The position numbers and the translations under genes were made by a program. Source: Planctomycetota bacterium (GTDB taxonomy: Bacteria > Planctomycetota > UBA1135 > UBA2386). Taken from it: a stretch of DNA of 64,000 nucleotides. The stretch spans positions 2,016,001 to 2,080,000 of the forward strand of contig OZ245006.1 in the NCBI GenBank assembly GCA_965223545.1. Direction: 5' to 3'. Shown here piece after piece: positions 58,045 to 64,000 of this stretch (position 1 is the stretch's first letter; every line of letters starts with the position of its first letter). Below the pieces are notes generated by a model. It worked only from the letters and a program-made list of their open reading frames with translations. It had not been told where the DNA came from and did not search any database.

Positions 58045-58473
58045 GTGGACGGCTTTTGGGTCAACCCCAGCTCGCACGTACCGCCATCGGTGCAGATCGT
58101 CGAGGCGATCCTCGACGCACTGGCGGCCAACCGGTTCGCTGCGGGCGCGAAGCTGCCCAGCGTGCGGGCGCTCGCGGTGCAGGTGCTGGTCAACCCGAAC
58201 ACCGTCAGCAAGGCCTACGCCGAGCTCGAGCGGCTGGGCGTCGTGGCGGGGCGCAACGGCTCGGGGGTGTACGTCACCGATGGCGGGCCGGAAACGGCAC
58301 ACGCCCTGCGCCACGCCGCGACCTTGGCGACGTTCGTCGACGCGGCCCGGGCCGCGCGGCGCGCGGGTCACGAAGCGGGCGCCTTGGCAGTGGCACTGGA
58401 GGAGGTGGCACTGGAGGAGTTGGGGGAACAGAGCGCGGTAAGCGCGGGGGACAGAGATGAAGCATCGAAGTGA
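58045..58473 (+). CDS. GntR (YtrA subfamily) transcriptional regulator
   Basis: QIVEAI, KLPSVRALA..VNPNTVSKAYAELE..G.GVYV; short C-terminus; precedes an ABC ATPase. Confidence 0.9.
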   Translation: MDGFWVNPSSHVPPSVQIVEAILDALAANRFAAGAKLPSVRALAVQVLVNPNTVSKAYAELERLGVVAGRNGSGVYVTDGGPETAHALRHAATLATFVDAARAARRAGHEAGALAVALEEVALEELGEQSAVSAGDRDEASK

Positions 58474-59233
58474 CGGCGCGCTGTGCGCCGATCGGGTGGT
58501 CATGCGCTTCGGCCGCACGGTCGCCCTGGACGGACTCGACCTGCAGGTCGAGCCCGGCAAGGTGACCGTGCTGCTCGGGCCGAACGGCGCCGGCAAGAGC
58601 ACCCTGATGCGACTGGCGATCGGCGTCCTGCGGCCACGGTCCGGGACGCTGTCGGTCCTGGGCCGGGATCCGGTCCGCGAGCCCGACGCCGTGCGCCGCC
58701 GCGTGGGCTACGTGCCGGATCGGCCGGACGCGCCGGCCTGGATGCGGCTGAACGAGCTGCTGCGGTTTGCGGCCGCGCACTGGCCTGGCGTCGACCTCGA
58801 CACGGCGCGCGCGCTCGCCGATCGCCTGGCGGTGCCGGTCGACACGAGGCTGGGCGCGATGTCGAAGGGCCAAGCGATGAAGACGATGCTCGTGCTCGCC
58901 CTGGCGCACGATCCCGAGCTCCTGATGCTCGACGAGCCGTTCGGCGGCCTCGACCCGCTGGTGCGCGAGGACGTGCTGCGCGGCGTCCTCGGCGCGCTGC
59001 GCGACGACCGGCGCACGGTGTTGTGCGCCACGCACGAGCTCGACGTCGCGGCGCGCATCGCCGACCGCGTCGCGGTGGTGACTGCTGGCGTGCTGCGGGC
59101 GCACGGCACCGTCGACGAAGTGCTCGGCGACGGCGCGGCGGAGGTCGCCGACGTGCCGCGTCGGCTGCACGAGGCCCTCGAGCGCGCGACCGGACGGCGC
59201 ATCGGGACGATCGCGGGAGCGGCGACATGCTGA
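58457..59233 (+). CDS. ABC transporter ATP-binding protein
   Basis: GPNGAGKST (Walker A), MSKGQ signature, LMLDEPFGGLDP, ATH. Confidence 0.94.
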   Translation: MKHRSDGALCADRVVMRFGRTVALDGLDLQVEPGKVTVLLGPNGAGKSTLMRLAIGVLRPRSGTLSVLGRDPVREPDAVRRRVGYVPDRPDAPAWMRLNELLRFAAAHWPGVDLDTARALADRLAVPVDTRLGAMSKGQAMKTMLVLALAHDPELLMLDEPFGGLDPLVREDVLRGVLGALRDDRRTVLCATHELDVAARIADRVAVVTAGVLRAHGTVDEVLGDGAAEVADVPRRLHEALERATGRRIGTIAGAATC

Positions 59234-61215
59234 CGATCAGCGCGCATCTCGGCAAAGAATGGCGCGAGCAGCGTCTGGTGTTGGGCAGCGCCGCACTCGT
59301 GTTGCTGGCGCTCGCGCTCGCCGTCGGCTGGAGCGTGCCGGGGCGACTGATCCCCGCCGAGGTCGAGGTCTGGTTCACCATCGTCGCCGTCGCGGCGGGC
59401 CTGGTGATCCTCGCGGGTGACCTCGTGCCGGGCGAGGCCCGGCGCGGGCAGCTCGCCTTTCTGATCCGGGCGCCGGGCGCGTTGCGCGCCGCCTTCGTCG
59501 CCAAGGGCGTGGTGCTGTGCGCAGGGCTGATCGGTCTGTGGCTCGTCGGCTGGGCCTCGGGCGCACTGTGCTCGTCGCTGGCCGGCGAGGTCGGCGAGCG
59601 CACCGCGCGCTGGGGAGGACCCGGCGTCGTCACGACCGCAATCGCCGGCATCGCGTGCGGCGTCGCGGTGGCGGCGCCGTGGGGGTTCGCGGTGTCGTGC
59701 TGGCTGCCCCGCGGCGCCAGCGTCGTGCCGGCGACGGCGCTGGTCTTGCTCGTCGTCTGCGCACCGCCGGTGGTCGTCGCCGTTTCCTATCGGCCACCTC
59801 TAAGCGACGCGACGATCGCACTGAGCATCGTGCTGCTGTTCGCCGGCGGCATCGTTGCGGCGTGGACCTCGTTCGTGCGGGGATTGCGCTGTGGCCGGCG
59901 GCGCGACGCTTTCGCGCGCGGGGCACTGGCGTCGCTGGTGTTCGTCGTGCCCACCGTTGGCTGGTCGTTCGAACGCGCGTGGTCGTGGCACCACGTCGAC
60001 CTGGACAACCCCGAGGTCGTGATCAGCGGCGGACTGATCGGCGACGGCGGGCTGGTCTTCTTGAACGCCAACCGCTGCTGGTCCAGGAGCGGGCCCATCT
60101 ACGGGGTGGCGTGCGAGCCCGAGTCGGGTCGCTGGTGGCAAATCGGGCCACCGCAGGGATGGTTCCGAGAGTGGACCGGTGCGTCGGGCTCCTCCGCGCA
60201 GGTCTCCCGATTGCTGCCGCAGCGCTGGCTCGGGCGCGCGCAGCTGAACAAGTCCGGCTACACGGTCCGGACCGCCAACGCGGTCGACGGAACCACCGGC
60301 GCAGTCCTGGCACTCCCCGAAACCGCCCGGCACCTGACCGGCGTGACGAAACCACTGCAGGCCGCTGCCGCGACGCTGCCCATCGAGGGACGTCGCACAT
60401 TCGCGCGCAATGCCACACCGTTCGTGCTGCCAGATGGAACGCGGGCCTGGTTCGAGGGCCGGACAACGGTGATCGAGAGTCCGGCGGGCACGCGCGAGCA
60501 GTTCGCTTGGCCGGACGGCTGCTGGCCGTCGAGCTCGACGAACGGCTTCGGCTTTCGCTGGGGGCGCGGCGGCAGCTTGACGAACCGGTTCTTCGATCTC
60601 GCCCGGCGGCGCGACGTGCAGCCGCCCCCGGCAAAGAGATGGAACGGATGGCCCCTGGCGCGCCCCGGCAGCTGGGTGGTGACCGACGATCCCAAGACGC
60701 CCGGAGCAATCCGCGGCCCCTACCTCTTCGACCCGGACACCGGCGCACAGCGCGCGCTGCCGGTCGACACCGAGGCCGACTTCGTCATGCTGTGCGGCGA
60801 CGGGCGCCTGATCCTGCGACGAGAGGCTTCGCCGAGCGGCTACGCCCTCTTCGACCCCGAAGCAAACGAGCAGATCGCACTCACCCTCGACGGTCCAGCC
60901 GTCGAGGAGTGCCAACTCCGATACGTCTTGCCGTCGGGCGTCAAGCGCGCGGCCCGCACGCCGTCCGGTTACGACGTGTGCCTGGCCATCAAGGGCGAGC
61001 CACAGAGCAGACTGTCGTCCGTCGGCAGGCGCGACGGAAACTCGCTGTCACTCTGCCCTTGGGTGAAACAGCTGGAGCTCGTCGGGTTCCCCGACGACGA
61101 TCACGTGCTGGTGATTGTCGACGGGCGGACCCTCGAGCGGTGGACGTTCGGCAGCGCCGCGCGGGAGGTGTTGTTGCGGGCCGGGGGAGGCGGGGCGACT
61201 CGCCACAGTCCGTAA
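59227..61215 (+). CDS. ABC-2-type permease-like protein with a large C-terminal soluble domain
   Basis: KEWREQR N-terminus; GEARRGQLAFL..P...FVAK motif; ~7 TM segments followed by a beta-rich domain. Confidence 0.78.
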   Translation: MLTISAHLGKEWREQRLVLGSAALVLLALALAVGWSVPGRLIPAEVEVWFTIVAVAAGLVILAGDLVPGEARRGQLAFLIRAPGALRAAFVAKGVVLCAGLIGLWLVGWASGALCSSLAGEVGERTARWGGPGVVTTAIAGIACGVAVAAPWGFAVSCWLPRGASVVPATALVLLVVCAPPVVVAVSYRPPLSDATIALSIVLLFAGGIVAAWTSFVRGLRCGRRRDAFARGALASLVFVVPTVGWSFERAWSWHHVDLDNPEVVISGGLIGDGGLVFLNANRCWSRSGPIYGVACEPESGRWWQIGPPQGWFREWTGASGSSAQVSRLLPQRWLGRAQLNKSGYTVRTANAVDGTTGAVLALPETARHLTGVTKPLQAAAATLPIEGRRTFARNATPFVLPDGTRAWFEGRTTVIESPAGTREQFAWPDGCWPSSSTNGFGFRWGRGGSLTNRFFDLARRRDVQPPPAKRWNGWPLARPGSWVVTDDPKTPGAIRGPYLFDPDTGAQRALPVDTEADFVMLCGDGRLILRREASPSGYALFDPEANEQIALTLDGPAVEECQLRYVLPSGVKRAARTPSGYDVCLAIKGEPQSRLSSVGRRDGNSLSLCPWVKQLELVGFPDDDHVLVIVDGRTLERWTFGSAAREVLLRAGGGGATRHSP

Positions 61216-61310
61216 GAGCGATCGAGCCGCTATAATGCGCAGGCCGTGTGCCCGCCGCGTGCCCCCCGGTCTTGTCGCGCACGGTCGGCGTCATTGAGAG
61301 GAGCTCCGTC

Positions 61311-63869
61311 ATGCTGTCCTTCCGGAGTCTCAGGGTCGGGTGGCGCGGCCCTTTCGCTGTGGGCATCGTGGCGATGACCGCGGCAGCCGTGATTCTCGGC
61401 AATGCCCAGAGCCCCGCTGGCGGCGAGCGCGCGCCCACCGCACCCGATTCCGGGCCCCTTCCACGCTCGCCTACCGGCGGCCTGTTCCTCGAGAACCGCG
61501 GGCAATGGCCGGACGACGTCCGCTTCGCGGCGCGCAGCGATGGCCTGACCCTCTGCGCGACTCCGGCGGGCCTGCGGCTGCACCTGCGGGCGGAGTCGGG
61601 GTCCGAGACGCTGGAGCTGCGGTTCGAGCGAGCCGCGCCGACGGCGCGCGTGCACGGCGAGGGGCGCGCGACTGCTGCGTTCAACTTCTTCCGTGGCCGG
61701 GACGCGACCCGTTGGCGCAGCGGCGTCTCCGGCTTCCGCGAGGTCGTGTACTCCGAGATCTATCCGGGCATTGGCTTGCGCTTGCGTCCGAATGCCGCCG
61801 GTGCACTCCAATACGATTTCGAGCTGCGCCCCGGAACGGATCTCAGCCAGGTCGTGATCCACTGCCGCGGCGCGCGTGGTCTGTCGCGCGACGCGACGGG
61901 AGGGCTGTGCGCCGAGACCGACCACGGTGTCCTGCGGCAAACCCGCCCCGTGGCGTGGTACGCCGGCGAGGACGGGCAGCGCGAGCCGGTCGACTGCGAC
62001 TTCACTCTGCTCGACGAAGAGCGCTTCGGCTTCTCGGTGGACCGGCACCGAGCCGACCTTTCCCTGGTCGTCGATCCCGCGCTGACGTGGGCGACGTATG
62101 CTGGCGGCACGGGTTCGGAGATGGCGTCGGCCACCGCGTTGGCCCCGGATGGCTCGGTGATCGTCGTCGGCGGCACCGACTCGGCGGACCTTCCGGTCAC
62201 GGCTGGCGCAGTGGGGCCCTCCTACCAAGGGTCGTCCGTGCCCTATGCGGGTGACGCGTTCGTGCTGCACTTGAGTGCGGACGGCAGCCAACTCCTGTCG
62301 GCGACCTACCTCGGTGGCGCGGACGCCGACAGCGCGACCGCGGTCGCAGTCGACGCAACCGGGGCGATCACCGTGGCCGGATTCACATCCTCCGCGGACT
62401 TTCCCGCGACACCGACGGCCTACCTGCCGACAGCGCAAGGACGGACGGATGGCTTTGTCACGCGACTGGCCCCCGGGGCGCGCGCGCTGCAGTGGTCGAC
62501 GTATCTCGGAGGCAGCTTTGATGACACCCTCCACGCGATGCGCTTGAGCCCGCGCGGTTCGGTCTGGGTGACGGGAATCACCAACTCCGACGACCTGCCG
62601 ACGACAACCGGTGCGGTCTCGCGCTCTTGGACGGCGTCCGAGGACGTCTTTCTCGCCGAGATCGCCCCCAGCGGCGCGGCACTCCTGGCCGCCACCTATT
62701 TCGGCGGGTCCAGGTTCGATCGGGGATACGCCTTGGCACTCGATGCCGCCGGACGACCGACGATTGCGGGCAACACCAACTCTCTCGACCTTCCGCTCAC
62801 TGCAGGTGTCGTCGGGCCGGCCCACCAGGGTCTGGGCGATGCCTTCGTCGCGCGGTTCGACCGACAGCTGACCACGATTCTGTTCGCCACCTACCTCGGC
62901 GGCAGCGACGTCGACCGCGCCACGGGGGTGGCTGTCGACCTGCGCAACGGGGAGACCGTGGTCACCGGCTACACGGACTCGCGCGACTTCCCGACGACTC
63001 CCGGCGCGATCCTGCCCGTGCGGGCGCGCGCGACCGACGCGTTCGTGACACGCCTCGATCCAACCGGCACCGCGATGCGCTTCTCGACCTACTTCGGCGG
63101 CTCCGGCATCGACAGCGCAGCTGCCGTGGCGATCGATCCCAGTGGCGATGCGACGATCGTCGGCGACACGACCTCGGCAAATCTGCCGATCACACGCGGT
63201 GCCTTTCAACCGCTCCGCAGCAGCTCGTCCGTGGAGAGTTTCTTCGCCCGCCTGGAGCCCACCGGCGGGCTCCGCTACTCGAGCTTCCTGGGCGGCTTCG
63301 ACCTCGACATCGCGAGGGGCGTGGCCCTCGACGAGACCACGGCAGCGGTCATCGTCGGCGGCACGGCATCCCTCAACTTCCCGACCACTACCGGCGCTTG
63401 GATGACCCAGCCGCCCGGTGTCGGCACCGACGCGTTCATCGCCCGCGTCGAACTCCTCCCCGACGGAGTCCGAACGTTCGGCCGCTCCAGTCCGGGCTGC
63501 ACTGGGCCCCTGGCAGCCGGAGTGTCCGGCATCCCCTCCCTCGGCAGCACGACGTTCGCCCTGACCTGCAGCAACGCCGGCGCCCACTTCCCCGGCATCG
63601 CCTGGCTGTCGCGGGCAGGCCTGCGCTTTCCGGTGTCGACGCTCGGCGTCGAGCTCTGGCTCGATCCGCGCAGGACGATCGCCACACCAACCCTGCGCGC
63701 CGACGCCGGCGGCGTCGGCAACCTCCCCCTGCCGATCCCCGCCAACAGCGCCCTGCTCGGCTTTCGATTCAGCGCCCAGTTCGTCTGGCTGACGCCGTTC
63801 TTTCCCCCGCCGTGCCCGCCTCTCGCCGTGTCCACGTCGAACGCGATCGAATGCACGATTCAGCCATAG
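61311..63869 (+). CDS. Secreted SBBP beta-propeller repeat protein with shared C-terminal domain
   Basis: RBS GAGGAG; FLENRGQW, NFFRG, VVYSEIYPGI, LVVDP; repeats STYLGGS.D...VAG.T.S.DFP.T.GA..DAFV. Confidence 0.9.
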   Translation: MLSFRSLRVGWRGPFAVGIVAMTAAAVILGNAQSPAGGERAPTAPDSGPLPRSPTGGLFLENRGQWPDDVRFAARSDGLTLCATPAGLRLHLRAESGSETLELRFERAAPTARVHGEGRATAAFNFFRGRDATRWRSGVSGFREVVYSEIYPGIGLRLRPNAAGALQYDFELRPGTDLSQVVIHCRGARGLSRDATGGLCAETDHGVLRQTRPVAWYAGEDGQREPVDCDFTLLDEERFGFSVDRHRADLSLVVDPALTWATYAGGTGSEMASATALAPDGSVIVVGGTDSADLPVTAGAVGPSYQGSSVPYAGDAFVLHLSADGSQLLSATYLGGADADSATAVAVDATGAITVAGFTSSADFPATPTAYLPTAQGRTDGFVTRLAPGARALQWSTYLGGSFDDTLHAMRLSPRGSVWVTGITNSDDLPTTTGAVSRSWTASEDVFLAEIAPSGAALLAATYFGGSRFDRGYALALDAAGRPTIAGNTNSLDLPLTAGVVGPAHQGLGDAFVARFDRQLTTILFATYLGGSDVDRATGVAVDLRNGETVVTGYTDSRDFPTTPGAILPVRARATDAFVTRLDPTGTAMRFSTYFGGSGIDSAAAVAIDPSGDATIVGDTTSANLPITRGAFQPLRSSSSVESFFARLEPTGGLRYSSFLGGFDLDIARGVALDETTAAVIVGGTASLNFPTTTGAWMTQPPGVGTDAFIARVELLPDGVRTFGRSSPGCTGPLAAGVSGIPSLGSTTFALTCSNAGAHFPGIAWLSRAGLRFPVSTLGVELWLDPRRTIATPTLRADAGGVGNLPLPIPANSALLGFRFSAQFVWLTPFFPPPCPPLAVSTSNAIECTIQP

Positions 63870-63899
63870 AGAGCCGCAATGCCGGCCGACGCGCCCCCC

Positions 63900-64000
63900 T
63901 CAATCACGTTCGAAGTAGGTGCGGAGATTCGCGATCGCGCGACTCCAACGGTGCCTCGCCGTCGACGGCGCGCAACCGAGCTGCTTGGCCACGACGCTCG
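63900..64000 (-). CDS. 3' end of a probable ECF sigma factor (region 4), truncated by window edge
   Basis: The minus strand reads SVVAKQLGCAPSTARHRWSRAIANLRTYFERD*, matching sigma region 4.2 HTH; not in the ORF track. Confidence 0.6.
   Translation of the reverse strand, partial: SVVAKQLGCAPSTARHRWSRAIANLRTYFERD

Overview
High-GC bacterial genomic window, most consistent with a Planctomycetota lineage. This is an inference from the ribH-nusB-ftsY order, planctomycete-type ECF sigma/Ser-Thr kinase pairs, DUF1080 and prenyltransferase-repeat proteins, and lpxB. It holds about 50 genes: housekeeping/envelope genes (lpxB, dapC-like, lepB, ribH, nusB, ftsY, MscS, PpiD/SurA-like), signalling genes, and many secreted beta-propeller or enzyme proteins that share a roughly 120-140 aa C-terminal domain. 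The standout is a lower-GC island (~1.0-4.4 kb) next to an IS630 remnant. It encodes a three-gene operon: a MelC1-like tyrosinase caddie, a type-3 copper tyrosinase, and a graspetide-type ATP-grasp ligase. The tyrosinase carries a C-terminal tail of seven plesiocin-like x[TS]xxxx[ED][EDG] repeats (TTLRVGEE, TTLRLGEE). This looks like a graspetide RiPP precursor fused to a full enzyme, i.e. predicted macrocyclisation of an enzyme's own tail. Other oddities are an LpxB-rhodanese fusion, a duplicated 93-bp inverted-repeat element between nusB and ftsY, a GH95-like lipoprotein lacking its catalytic barrel, a degenerate MtnB-like gene, and gene remnants. No rRNA, tRNA or CRISPR array was recognised. 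All product calls come from motif recognition by eye, not database searches.
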